Part shown: in pieces, positions 24,845-37,820 of the stretch | Position numbering within the stretch: position 1 is the first letter of the stretch | Layout: each line of letters starts with the position of its first letter | Source of the DNA: Octopus sinensis | Lineage: Eukaryota | Direction of reading: 5' to 3' | DNA: 64,000 nucleotides | Assembly (NCBI RefSeq): GCF_006345805.1 | Contig: NC_043013.1 | Coordinates: 29,698,001 to 29,762,000, forward strand | Notes under the pieces: model-generated | What the model saw: the letters and a program-made list of their open reading frames with translations, nothing else | Told to the model about the DNA's origin: nothing | Databases searched by the model: none | Translations under genes and position numbers: made by a program

Positions 24845-25335
24845 AGCTGATTTAAGGAAATCAGCGTTTGGTCTTGATAATCTTTTGGAACTGTCTCAGC
24901 AAGGTGGCATAATCCTCTCCATCGATAGTGTTGCCCTTTTGAAGATAGTCAATAAACAGAACACCTTTTGTATTTCCCAGAAATGAGACCATCACTTTCC
25001 ATGCAGATGAAACACCCTTGGCCTTCTTTGAAGCAGGTGAGGAGGGGTGTTTCCACTGCATGGATTGTCTCTTTGTCTTCGGCTAAAAGTGGTGAAGCCA
25101 ACACTCATCCTGGCTTAGGAAACGTTCAAGGAAATCAGCAGAATTTACCTCAGACAATATCAGATTTTCTTGAGATGTGATCAGCCTGGTGCACTTTTGA
25201 TCAGGTGTCAGAGGACGTGGCGCCCACCAATCAGAAACCTTCATCATGCCAAGTCCGTCGCGCAGAATATTCTCAACTATCTCATGGGATATGCTAAGAG
25301 CATTGGATATTTGATTTATAGTCAATCGCCTGTTA
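24845..25335 (-). pseudogene. Mariner transposase fragment, same family as 19645-21986
   Basis: ORFs MTINQISNALSISHEIVENIL..WWAPRPLTPDQK..QDECWLHHF and MQWKHPSSP..KVMVSF..KGVLFIDYLQKG. Confidence 0.85.
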
Positions 25336-25793
25336 TTTTATGAAATGCATAACCTTACTGGCTCATTTATATCTACCTTTCTATAAATAATACATATATG
25401 TATGTGCTTGTATGTGTGTATTTCTACACGTACGCACGCACACACACACACAAATGCACACCGTTTCACACATGACGGACTCTGACTTTCGACTAAGAAA
25501 ATTAGGTGTATTCACTTATGTACATGCGCTTTTTACCCGGTTTTGACCAACATCAGCATATTTCGTTCAACTTTCACGCATTCACATCCAGAAGCCATGA
25601 TGAAAAACTGTTTTTACTTTTGTATACAGAATATCTCATATGGTACACTATTTATTTGTAACATACAAGATCGTGGGCATTCGCCCATGCCTTTTCCAGT
25701 CCTACCTACGTTTGCAATGTGTTACATTATTATGAGATACCCTGTATAAAATTGATGTGTGTGTCTATAATATATAAAAACTCCCCCCTCCCC

Positions 25794-25831
<38 letters not shown>

Positions 25832-25932
25832 CTACCCGTAAATATATATGTATAATATTCGTTAGTCCTATATTGCCTCTTTTTGAACTTGTTATACCCC
25901 GGAATATAACAAGTTATACCCTGGTATATATA

Positions 25933-25980
<48 letters not shown>

Positions 25981-25986
25981 TACTGC

Positions 25987-26322
25987 TGAGATCCCCTTCG
26001 GTCATGACTGACCATGGGATTGCACCTAGAAAGTTACCCTCCCAGGCACAAGTTCGGGCAAGGTTGTTTACAGAAGACCAGCAGTCGCCCTTCCATACCG
26101 GCCTCCCCTCTCCACGCCACCAGTGTTATCCAAGGGAAAGGCAAAGGGGCCGATACACCTTGGCACCTGTGACATCGCAACTCGTTTCTACAGCTGAATA
26201 AACTGGAGCAACGTGAAATAAAGTGTCTTGCTGAAGAACACAACACCTCAGCCCGGTCCGGGATTCGAACTCTCAACCTCACGATCGTAAGCTCGACGCT
26301 CTAACCACTGAGCCATGCGCCT
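25987..26322 (-). mobile_element. tRNA-derived SINE family D
   Basis: ggcgcatggctcagtggttagagcg head, gttcgaatccc B box, ttgtgttcttcagcaagacac core; relatives at 46092-46325, 46545-46650 and 60060-60340. Confidence 0.85.
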
Positions 26323-27225
26323 TGACACACATACACACACACACACACTCACACATATATATACAAATATCTACATAATATATATGTGTGCGTGTGTGTG
26401 TGCATGTCTGTGTATGAACATAAATCCATTTATATAGCTATATATTTATTTTATCTTGTGATCGTTAACCCTCTCTCACCTGTTCATAACAACAGTTTCC
26501 ACTAATCACATCCAGTCCACCTCTCTAAAAAATAACAGCAACAAGAAGCTAACAAACCAACTAAAAACGAATGAAAGATATAGAATTACAGTTTTATGGA
26601 AACTATATTCAATTTAATAGTAATTTTTTAAAAGTTAATGACGCAAATTCTTATAGTCACGCAAACTAAACATTGCATGGCAACTCAAATTTGAAAGTGT
26701 TCATTGTTCAACGATGCTGGATAGCAAAACGTTCTATACACTGAATAATTTCACATTAATATATTTTGTTTTAAAGTAGCAGAATTTTCTTTTACAGTCT
26801 GACGAGGAAAAACAAAACAACATAAGAAGTAAAAGCAAAACGAAGTGAAAGAAAGATGTTTTAAAGCAAAGAGTGTTTCGTTCATCTCTATATTAAATAT
26901 CTGAAAAGTCGCATAAGGTCACGACATATTGGTTTTGGGGGAGGACTTCATAAAATAAATGAGTGTCTGCAGATGCGAGGTATTTATATTTTATCATATT
27001 CAAGAAGGACGAAAGGTGAAGTCAGTTCTAATGGGATTAGAATAGAAACATAGAATTAGACACTGCAAGGCAAGTTGTTCTCCGTTTTACCGTTTCTGCT
27101 TCTCATCGCTCTCTATTTAGCCGGATATTAGCACTCACGTTCATGCATCTCACACACGATATACACATGTATACACAAACGCACAACGATACAAACTCAG
27201 ATACATACACTTATATCATTAGTTC

Positions 27226-27602
27226 TTTATTATCTCCGCCTTGGCGAAGGCGGTGGTATTGTTTTCAGTCATATTTGTTTTTTTGTTTGTTCGTGGACAA
27301 GATATCTTAAGAACCGCTGGATGGATTCACATGAAACTTTCAGGGATGTTTGGCGTCGTGATTGGCACGAACTGATCAGATTTTGGTATCGATCCGGTAC
27401 CGGTGAAGGATTCTGGATAATTTTTCCTGTATTTTTTTTACTGAATTTTTGAGAGCAGTCGGGTTCAGTTTTAGTATTCTCATTTGTGAGAGCAGTCGAA
27501 TATATTTCAGAAATTCTCATTTAAAAATCATCTCCGGGTAATCGTTGAGATGACATTGGTATTACCTTGGCGGAGGTTTTCGCTCCCTGAGTGCTCTTGC
27601 TT
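27226..27602 (+). mobile_element. Helentron-associated (HINE/DINE-like) element
   Basis: Subterminal inverted repeats TCTCCGCC / GGCGGAGGT, insertion in a T-rich site, and a homologue at 32283-32658. Confidence 0.6.
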
Positions 27603-28291
27603 GAATTGTATCATTCCGATTATGGTAAGGTTGGAACATCCTCATGATATACCTATGGTGACACACACACGTGCGTGCAAATGTATTTATGTTTTTTCTT
27701 GGAGTTTTTTTTAAAGTTCTTAAGAGAGTTCAAGCCGGTCGCTAACAAAACGACAAGACTTTTTGAGTTAAGAGTCTTCCCGGTGTTTGTAAATATGTGG
27801 TTGAGTTGGTGTGTTAGTTGAGCTCTCGATGCACACACCCAGATGTGTGCATCTCTATTCATCTAAAGAATCTCGGATGACGAATCTTTGGAGTGTCTTA
27901 CAAATCTTCACTGTGCCATTAATAGATTGAATTTTGGAGGTAGCATACTATACTAAATTTTAGCTATAGTAAGGGTATAACAAGTTCAAAATGAAGCAAT
28001 ATAGGACTAACGAATATATACATATATATTTACGGGTAGATAGATAGATTGAGAGAGAGGGGAGGAGTTTTTATATATTATAGACACAGACACGTCAATT
28101 TTATACAGGGTATCTCATAATATTATAAATATTATAAATGACAAAACAAGAAAAATAGGTTAAGAACCACAGTTGAGATAATTTTTCCCTCGGTCCTTCT
28201 TGTCAGCAGATGAGCAATGCTATTTCTGAAAGGGCTGCTTGGTCACACGGGGGTGTGGAACCACTGCTAGGTTCAGACTAAAGATGAATAA

Positions 28292-28540
28292 TAGACCACT
28301 TGGAAACATCACTGGAACATTCTAGAAAAGACCTATCGGATGTAACATCTTTCCGGTGCAGAATTTGTGTTCGTTAGACCACTTGGAAACATCACTGGAA
28401 AATTCTAGAAAAGACCTAACGGATGTAACATCTTTCCGGTGCAGAATTTGTGTTCGTTAGACCACTTGGAAACATCACTGGAAAATTCTAGAAAAGACCT
28501 AACGGATGTAACATCTTTCCGGTACAGAATCTGTGTTCGT
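28292..28540. repeat. 83-bp minisatellite, 3 copies
   Basis: TAGACCACTTGGAAACATC... recurs at 28292, 28375 and 28458. Confidence 0.95.
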
Positions 28541-28669
28541 TCGATTGTTATCAACTCGATTACAAACCGTTACGCTATTGACACAAACACCGAAATTTTT
28601 TTACCTATTTATTTATTTACTCTCTCTCTCTCTCCCCCTCTCACACACACACGCACACACATTTAGTAT

Positions 28670-28884
28670 ATATTTCTTTACTACCCACAAGGGGCTAAAC
28701 ACAGAGGGGACAAACAAACGGATTAAGTCGAGTATATCGACCCCAATGCGTCACTGGTACTTAATTTATCGACCCCGAAAGGATGAAAGGCAAAGTCGAC
28801 CTTGGCGGAATTTGAACTCACAACGTAACGGCAGACGAAATACGGCTACGCATTTCGCCCGGCGTGCTAACGATTCTGCCAGCT
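28670..28884 (-). mobile_element. SINE family B, young
   Basis: Reverse complement nearly identical to 55638-55870. Confidence 0.9.
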
Positions 28885-29344
28885 AACCCGGGTAAAAACC
28901 TCGTAACGAGCATTAAAGAGAGCTCTTATGTTATTTGGCTGTCACATGTTATCCAACAGTAGGGCGTATTCCAGGGCAGCACAAACATGCAGAACTCCCC
29001 TTTGCCTCTTTGCATAAGATTAATATAAGAATAAACAAGAATAATATAACACAAAGATGGAGACAATTGTTTCTGCACTGCACCCCCGTTTAAGTCAGCA
29101 GGTGCGCGTTAGAGAAATAAATGTTGTGATCTACTATTAAACCTTTATATCTTCCATCCTCGTGTTATATTATTCTTACACACGCACGCACATACAAACA
29201 CACACACACACACGAAACAAACGAAAGAAATGGCAATCAACACATTTACTGGGAGTTACATGTATTACTCAAGACAGTCTGATACGGATTCTACTTTCGC
29301 AAGGCCTAACGGAGCATACATACACACACGCACACACACTCACA

Positions 29345-29530
29345 CTCTCCGAACTCTCAGGTCCGCGGGTGCTCGGTCTGCGCAGATGGAACCGCGAATG
29401 GCTCGCTATCTCCAGTGACCTCGCACAGGACCGTCGAGCGAGGGCCGCCATGGTTCGTGATGCCGTTAGGACTAGAGAAGAAGCCGGCTCAACCCGCCCT
29501 GGGTGAACGCCGTTACAATTACAAGTAAGT
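29345..29530 (+). mobile_element. 5'-truncated RTE-type LINE 3' end
   Basis: LSGPRVLGLRRWNREWLAISSDLAQDRRARAAMVRDAVRTREEAGSTRPG*, followed by an acaagtaagt tail; GC-rich island. Confidence 0.7.
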
Positions 29531-29554
29531 ACACACACACACACACGCACACAC

Positions 29555-29595
<41 letters not shown>

Positions 29596-29606
29596 ACACA
29601 CACACA

Positions 29607-30121
29607 TCTCTTTCTATATAAACGGCAGTTTGTCTGTCTGTGTGTCTGTCAGGTTGTACCGTCACTCTGACCACGGCTTTCAACCGATTCTGATGAAACT
29701 TGAAACGCACATAACCCGATGTCATAATTCAAAACTAACGCAGCGAAAATTTTGAAAAGTTCCCCCAGTTCTGAAAAAAAATCGATAAATTCGACATGGG
29801 GTCGAGAATCTAAGCTTTTATTTGCAATACATTTTCTGTTGTAGTTTTCGCAACTTGCAATCGATTTTCACCAAACTCATGGTGAAGCTTAATGTTACCC
29901 TAAGAAACTTAATTCTGATGTTAGTTTCCCATGCAATACCTTACCATCAGAAAAAATCGATAAAATCATGCCATTTTGGGAAATCGCGTTCAAATTCAAG
30001 ATGACATATTTTCGACAATATCTTTCACAAATTGGCAGGAATTTTTTTAAAATTCACAGTGAGCATCATGTCTGCTCCAGGGGCTCTTACATACTCGGGC
30101 AATGCCGGGCTATGCTGCTAG
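29607..30121 (+). mobile_element. Non-autonomous Helitron-like element
   Basis: A|TC 5' end, a (TGTC)n tract near the 5' end, GC-rich subterminal CGGGCAATGCCGGG, and a CTAG|T 3' end. Confidence 0.65.
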
Positions 30122-31299
30122 TATATATATAAGGCAGAGGGAGAAATTATGTTGCATATTTAACGTCTTTTGTGTATTGAGGTAGCCAGGGAAAATATTC
30201 CAATTGGACGCGTGAGGAGCACATAGCGAGGTTCAACGATTCATCACTCGTTTAATGCATTACCCAGAGTGAACGTAACAGAACAGAATTCTGCACAGCT
30301 CTTTTGAAAGTGCAGTGCAGAATCCAATATGTCTGTGTGTATGTATATATTTAGTATTCTAGTATTTTCGCTCATTGGCAGTAGCTATACTCTAACACAC
30401 ACGTACATGTTTACATATATATATGTGTGTCTGTACGAGAATAGGCATACATCTATGTATATGCTTCCCTGTTTGTGAGCATTTGGTGTATGTGTGAATA
30501 TCTTAAAGCGAATGTTTTCGCACACGTGTGAGTTCTTGTGCAAATGAGAGAAAGATTTCGTTGTTAGTAATTGTCTCACGTAAATCTGTTTTAGAAGTGA
30601 AAGTTTCGGCATCGTTGTAGAATTAATCACACCTTTCGCAATGATCCGTTCGTTATTTCCCGCTCTCTTACCATCTCTCTCTCTCTCTCTCGCTTCGATC
30701 AGTCAGTTCGTTTACTCAGTGTTGCAGAGAACAGATTCATTGGAATTTATTCAAACCTGGACGGAAAGCAATTTTTACTTTTTTGATTCCTGAAATTAAT
30801 CTGATTGTTGTCGTTATCATAGCCATTATCATCGTCGTCGTTGTCGCCGTTGTTGTTGTTGTTGTTGTTGTTGTTGATGATGTTGATAATGATGATGATG
30901 ATGAAGATGATGATGATGGCTGCTGTTGCTGTTGTTTAGCATCGAATTAATCCTGATCGGACAGACCTATAATTAAATCCCTTCCGGTACTGACTCTCCC
31001 GTCTTTGTAAAGGTATGCTGGACTCTATTGTCTTTTCATTCTTTTCAATGATTTATGAGTATATATGTCTTCTATTTTTAGCAGATCGAGCGATCACATC
31101 GAGGCACCGTCATTAGTTTAATAATCTTTATTATTGTTCTTGTTGTTGGTGGTCGTGGTAGTGGTGGTACTGATGTTGTTAGCCTCAAGTCAAATCTGAT
31201 CGAGCAGACCATTTTGAAAGGCATTCCAGCCATGACCCCCACTTTCCTTTAAAAGCATGTAGAACTACATTATCTAATGTGTTATTTTATTTTCATAGA

Positions 31300-31676
31300 T
31301 AGGCGCAGGAGTGGCTGTGTGGTAAGTAGCTTGCTTACCAACCACATGGTTCCGGGTTCAGTCCCACTGCGTGGCACCTTGGGACAAGTGTCTTCTACTA
31401 TAGCCTCGGGCCGACCAAAACCTTGTGAGTGGATTTGGGAGACGGAAACAGAAAAAAGCCCATCGTATATATGTGTGTGTGTGTGTTTGTGTATCTGTTT
31501 TTGTCCCCCCCCAATCGATGCTGGTGTGTTTACGTCCCCGTAACTTAGCGGTTCGGTAAAAGAGACCGCTAGAATAACTACTAGGCTTACAAAGAATAAG
31601 TCCTGGGGTCGATTTGCTCGACTGATCGTGGTGCTCCAGCATGGCCGCAATCAAATGATTGAAACAAGTAAAAGGG
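31300..31676 (+). mobile_element. SINE family A, full length
   Basis: taggcgcaggagtggctgtgtggtaag (A box), ggttcagtccc (B box), and tail. Confidence 0.9.
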
Positions 31677-32282
31677 TAGAATATGATTTGTTGGAAATTT
31701 GGCGGTTATTTCTAGCTAGGCGAATGACCACGTAGATGTCCTCTCATTGGCTCTGGTTGTAGTGTAACACCATGAAGCAAAGATATTCCTTCGTGTATTC
31801 ATTTTTGGTGTCCATACTATGTGCTGGTGTTGGTGGAGATGATGGTGGGAGTGGTGATGTTTGAATGGGGAAGGATGCGCGAACGGTAGAGTGTGAGAGA
31901 GGGGGAGGGATTGAGTGGTGGAGGGCGAGGATTTGAGTGGTGGTTGTGAGGAATTCGGTGGTATTGGTTAAGATGGAAGTTATATCGATAGTGCCGAGAG
32001 TGGTGGTCAGCGTTGGATTAAGCAAATCAACCGTTAAGCAAAATAAGCACGTCCTTAGGATACGAAGGGAAGGTAAGCACCAAAGAAATGGTAATTGGTT
32101 TACAGCACAAAAGAAATACCTTTAAACTTGCTAAAATAATATTCAAGTGGTTTATATGATCACAAGTATAATTTCGAAGTGGTATATATGGTCGGGAATA
32201 TAATTTCGAAGTGTTTATGGTGTCCTAGTGAGGATCTGATCAAAGACTTTGTAATAAAAAAGGAGAAAACTTTTCATATATA

Positions 32283-32658
32283 AACAAGAGCATTCAGAGA
32301 TCGCAAACCTCCGTCAAGGCAACACCAAAGTCCTCTCAATGATTAGCCAGGGATTATTTTTAAAAATGAGAATATCTGAAATAAACTCGTCGAGAATACT
32401 AAAACTGAACCCGACCGCTCTCAAAAATTTAGTAAAAAAACAAAAACCAAAAAAAAAAACAGGAAAAATAATCCAGAATTCTTGACCGGTACCGGATCGA
32501 GCCGAAAATCTAATCGGTTCGTGTCAGTCACGAGGCCAAACATCCCTGAAAGTTTCATCCGAATCCATCCAGCGGTTCTTAAGGTGTCTTGTCCACGGAC
32601 AAACAAATAAACGCGACCGAAAACAATACCTCCGACTTCGCTAAGGCGGAGGTAATAA
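32283..32658 (-). mobile_element. Second HINE-like copy
   Basis: Reverse-complement homologue of 27226-27602 along its length. Confidence 0.6.
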
Positions 32659-32997
32659 AGTGGAAGTATATAAAAATAAACATTATTTTCCATACAGTTC
32701 TATATTTAAGAGATGAGGAATTATGTACATTATTGGAAATCGAGGTCCGTTTTTTAGCGCTTCTATCAAGAGGGTACCAGATCCAATAAGATGACCATAG
32801 AAATAACTAGAAATATCATGTCTTTTGAGCTATTACAGTGAATACTATGAACTTGACGGTGGACTGGGCTGAGTCAAATACTCCAGGGCTGGCCATAGCA
32901 GAGTGCGTTGACCAAGTTACGAACCTTAACATTTAGGGTTGGCGCAAGTCTGGTACCCGACCAGCTAACTCGACACTACTTTGTCTTCAGTTATGTA

Positions 32998-33147
32998 TAG
33001 GTGTGGCAGTGTGGTAAGAGTTTGCTTCACAATCTCACGGTTCCGGATTCAGTCCCACTGTGTGGCATCTTGGTCAAGTGTCTTCTACCTTGGGCATTGT
33101 GAATGGATATAGTTGACGGAAACTCAACGAAGCCTGTCTTATATATA

Positions 33148-33210
<63 letters not shown>

Positions 33211-33513
33211 CATGTATATAAGTGTGAGTGAGTGTGCGTGCGTGCGTGCGGGCGCATGTGAGTGTGTGCGTGTGACTGTGTGTGAATGTGTGCATGCATG
33301 TGTGTGTGTGTATGTGTTTGTTCCCCATCGCCGCTTAACAACCGGAGTTGATGTGTTTACGTCCCCGAATCTTAGCGGTTCGGCAAAAGAGAACGATAGA
33401 ACAAGTATCAGGCTCTACATGAAATAATAAATACTGGGATCGATTCGTTCGATTTAAAATCTTGAAGGCGGTGCCCCAGCATGGCCGCAGTGTAACGAAT
33501 GATACAAGTAAAA
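32998..33513 (+). mobile_element. SINE family A with expanded internal (TA)n/(TG)n
   Basis: Same head, core and tail. Confidence 0.85.
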
Positions 33514-33779
33514 GATGAAACCTTTGTCTATTTTATACGTCAATACAAACAAGTTAAATAGTTTTAGATTTTCTTTTTTGAAAAATTCTATTCACAGATT
33601 TAATTTATCGAGTTTCTGGAAGGAGGAAAGAGAAGTCCTCTTCCAATACGACGACGACAACAACGTCCATGATGATGATGATGATGATGATGATGACGAT
33701 GACGATGACGACGATAGGTATAGAGATGCCGAAGATGAAGGCGAAGTCAATGACAACTACAGATCTGATAACCCTCGGC

Positions 33780-33985
33780 GGAATATGAATGCAAACGGGT
33801 CGTCAATTTAAACTACAAGGCAAGCCTTCTTTTACCGAAACTCCGACCATTCTAGTCTTCAGTTCAATGCTTTTACTGAACTGATAGAAAATAAGTGATG
33901 TTGGATGACTTTTCAGACAACAAGCCGACACCCAAGCTCGCCGATCAGCTGAAAATTTCTCATAACCATTTTCCCTTCCTTTTAA
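33780..33985 (+). pseudogene. Possible highly decayed mariner helix-turn-helix fragment
   Basis: Short remnants 'FTELIENK' and 'TPKLADQLKISH' resemble L..LIE.DP..TTRELA..L.IS. Confidence 0.3.
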
Positions 33986-34711
33986 CATCTAACTAAATCC
34001 ATTTCCAATATATTTCCATATCTATTCTAGCTTGCAATGCAATAATAACCAATTGAGATAATCTTAAATGCCTGATCTTTTCCTTAATCAACAACGATTG
34101 AACTGTGACTTTTAGTTCAAGCACGTTGTCCCTTGTTAATTCGATTTCGTGTATTAGAAGTTGGCATCGACACACATCCTGTGTGAATCACGTAAACATA
34201 TCACTTAATTCACTTAAATGTATTTAATTTTGCTTGTTAAGTATATGAAACGACTAATACTTTATCTCCACAATGAATTTAGTAAACAGTAGTCGTTGGA
34301 TATTTTCGGTTGCACACTTTGAGGGGGAAAAGCACGTCCAGTAAATAGTATACAGACGAAATATCTGATCTAAGCAGGAGCAAACTGAATAAATATGACC
34401 AGTTATGGTAAAATAAGATTAGGAAATCCAATTGTGACTGGGGAAAAAAGAAGTATAAGCTGCTAGTAAAAAAGAGTGTTTGTAAGGAGGGAATATGTGT
34501 GCGGGTCTGTAGATGTATATATGTATTTGTAAGTGTGCGTGTGTATGTGTGTGTGCGGATGTGGATGTGTGTGCGCGTGCGTGCGTGCGTATTTATACAT
34601 ACATATGTGTATAAATACGCATACTTTCATTTATGTGTGCGTCTATATTGACTGAGTATGTTTTTTTTTATGAATTCATGTATGTTGTGTATGTATGTAT
34701 GCATGTATCTA

Positions 34712-34755
<44 letters not shown>

Positions 34756-34913
34756 ATATATATATATATAATACATACATACATAATATATATTATATAT
34801 ATAGAATATATATAGATATGTATTATAATATATAATATAATTATATATACATGTATATCTATATAAGATATATCTCTCTATATATATGTATATATATATC
34901 TATATGTGTGCGG

Positions 34914-34961
<48 letters not shown>

Positions 34962-35321
34962 TATATGTATGTATATATATATAATAAATATATATGTACA
35001 TATATTGCGTAATTGTGTGGCGTGTGCTAACAGATGTTAGATTTCTACTGTTAAGCTCAGAGCTCCATGTAACTTATCGTAGTCTAGTCTGTCCCCAGTA
35101 TAGTGGTTATGCAGCAACTATACTTAATAGTATTACTAGTTAGGAAATACAAAGCAAATGTAGTAGAAATTACGATAAAAACGGGTTTATACTATTTGTT
35201 CCTACATACGTTTCACCATTGTAGCTTTTTGGAGTTCAACATATAAAGCAGAGTGCGAAACACCTCAATCGAGGAAACTTATGTAGGAACAAATAATAAA
35301 AAAAATATGTTTATCGCAAAT

Positions 35322-35361
<40 letters not shown>

Positions 35362-35589
35362 ACACACACTCACAACATCAACGCCGTAAGGACGAAAGGC
35401 AAAGTTGACCTCAGTGGTATATGAATTCAGAACGTAAAATCGGAAAGAATGCTGCTAAGCATTTTGTCCGGCATGCTAACGATTCTACCAGCGCATCACC
35501 TTAATAATAAAATTAATAATAATGACGATGGTGATGATGATGACCGAAAAAGATAATATGACAAAAATGCCACAAGGGAATCCATTCTA

Positions 35590-35810
35590 CAGTAATCCCT
35601 CGACTATCGCGGGTGTTAGATCCCCCCCACCACCAGCGTGATAGGTGAAAATGCGCAAAGCAGAAACAGTACTATATATTGCTTTTCATTATTTTTATAA
35701 TTTGTATATATTTATTTTATTATAAATGCAGAATAACGCCACAGAGGAAACGGCGTAAGCTTAAATAATAAACCGCGATGGGTGAACCGTGATATGGCAA
35801 CGGATTACTG
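35590..35810. mobile_element. pogo/Tigger-type MITE (221 bp)
   Basis: TA|CAGTAATCCCTCGACTATCGCGG at the left end and CCGTGATATGGCAACGGATTACTG at the right end form imperfect TIRs. Confidence 0.7.
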
Positions 35811-36692
35811 GATATTGATATATTATTTCTTTGTCGAATAAACTTCTGTTAGAGTATTCAAAAATAACAGTACAATCATATATCAACTATTTATTGCATA
35901 TTAATTATATTTTTGAAGCGCTTTCGAATAATATGTAAATTGGGAAGTTATTTTTGTATTGTAGTTTGTATTTCTTTATAAATAGTTTTCTGGTTTGGAT
36001 CCAGTACTAATAATAAAAAAAAAAATGGTATAGTGGTATACACGTCGAAATTGGTCCAGTAATTTTATCGTTTCTATAAGGGTTAAAGGTTACATTGATG
36101 TTGCAGTGGTTTCAGCACCATATCCTGTCGAACCGTAACTAAATAACAAAGAGTTTTTGCCATCAGTCGACCTTCTGCGAACGTAGTGTATTAACGATTT
36201 AAGACTATCAGAATCAGTAAAGAGCGGTAAAAGAAACATAAAAAACCCCTGATATTTTAATTATTTAGAATGGATAAAATCTCCTGCGATGAAGCAAAAC
36301 TTATCAAGGAAAACGAAAAAAATGGCGGCAAGGAAACAAAGCAAGGTAAATGACAGCTCATTAAAAATAAATTGACACGTCTTTTGATTTTCATTTTTAT
36401 TTAGTTACATTTCTGAAATCCTTGTTTTATATTCATTTTGGTCTCGTTCACTATTGTTTTGTGCCTGTTTTTTTTCTCTAAATAACCGGGAATGTTTGGT
36501 TTACTTATTTATTTCTTCCTTTTTTTCCAGCGCGTTTCGTTTTCTTGTTTCTTGTGTGCTTATCGTTTGGTGGAAGAGTGACTCTCTCACACACACGTAC
36601 GCACGCACGTACACACATACACACGCACACGTACGCACACACACCACGCACAAACAAGTGTACACATACACACACACATACACACATCTATA

Positions 36693-36755
<63 letters not shown>

Positions 36756-37231
36756 GTTTGTTTGTCTGTCTATCTACCTGTCTGTCTGTCTGTCTGTCTA
36801 TCTATATCGAAGTAAAGGCGCTAAGACGTGTTTACGTATAATCACAATTTAAGTTATATTTGAAATATGTTTGTCATATATTTCAACTGCTAAAGGTAAA
36901 TACATTGCAGTTGCCGAGGAGAAAAAAATCTCTCATATGGTAAAAAGGTGTGAAAATACACAGTTCGTTCAGTGTCACCCTTTCTCGGGAATCGCAGACA
37001 TCGATGTTTCGTGTTTATTGACTCATGTCGATGAGACAGATGTACCTAAGAGAGGCAACTCTGATAGACGGTGACATTGAACAAACCGGGAGTTTTCTCA
37101 CCTTATTACCATAAGGGAGATATTTTCTTCACAGTAACTGTCTTTTCGTAGTTGAAATATGTCACTAACACATTTTAACTAACATAAATTTTACTTACAC
37201 CTAAACGCTGCTTGATACTAACATTTCGTTA

Positions 37232-37290
<59 letters not shown>

Positions 37291-37323
37291 ATCCGTCTGT
37301 CTGTATGCATGTATGTACGTACG

Positions 37324-37432
<109 letters not shown>

Positions 37433-37450
37433 CCTATCTATCTATCTATA

Positions 37451-37820
37451 TAGGCGCAGGTGTGACTATCTGGTATGAAGCTTGCTTCCTAACCACATAG
37501 TTCCGGGTTCAGTCCCACTGTGTGGCACCTTGAAGCCGACCAAAGCCTCGTGAGTGGATTTGGCGGACAGAAGCTGAAAGAAGCTGATCGTATACGTATG
37601 TATATATCTATGTGTGTGTGTCTTTGTGTCTGTGTTTGTTCCGCCATCACCGCTTGACAACCGGTGTTGATTTGTTCACGTCCCCGTAACTTAGCGGTTC
37701 AGCAAAAGATAGAATAAATACTAGGCTTAAAAAATAAGTTCTGGAGTCGATTTGTTCAACAAAAAACTCCTAAGACGATGTTCCAGTATGGCCACTGACA
37801 AATAACTGAAACAAGTAAAG
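37451..37820 (+). mobile_element. SINE family A
   Basis: Same head, core and tail. Confidence 0.85.

Larger units (their letters stand above)
25728..28122. repeat. Inverted repeat pair (25728-25899 and 27973-28122) bracketing about 2 kb
   Basis: tattatgagataccctgtataaaattga...gaacttgttataccc and its reverse complement. Confidence 0.85.

Noticed and set aside
28292-28540. CRISPR-like array
   Set aside because: The units are contiguous with no unique spacers, no cas genes are present, and the context is eukaryotic.
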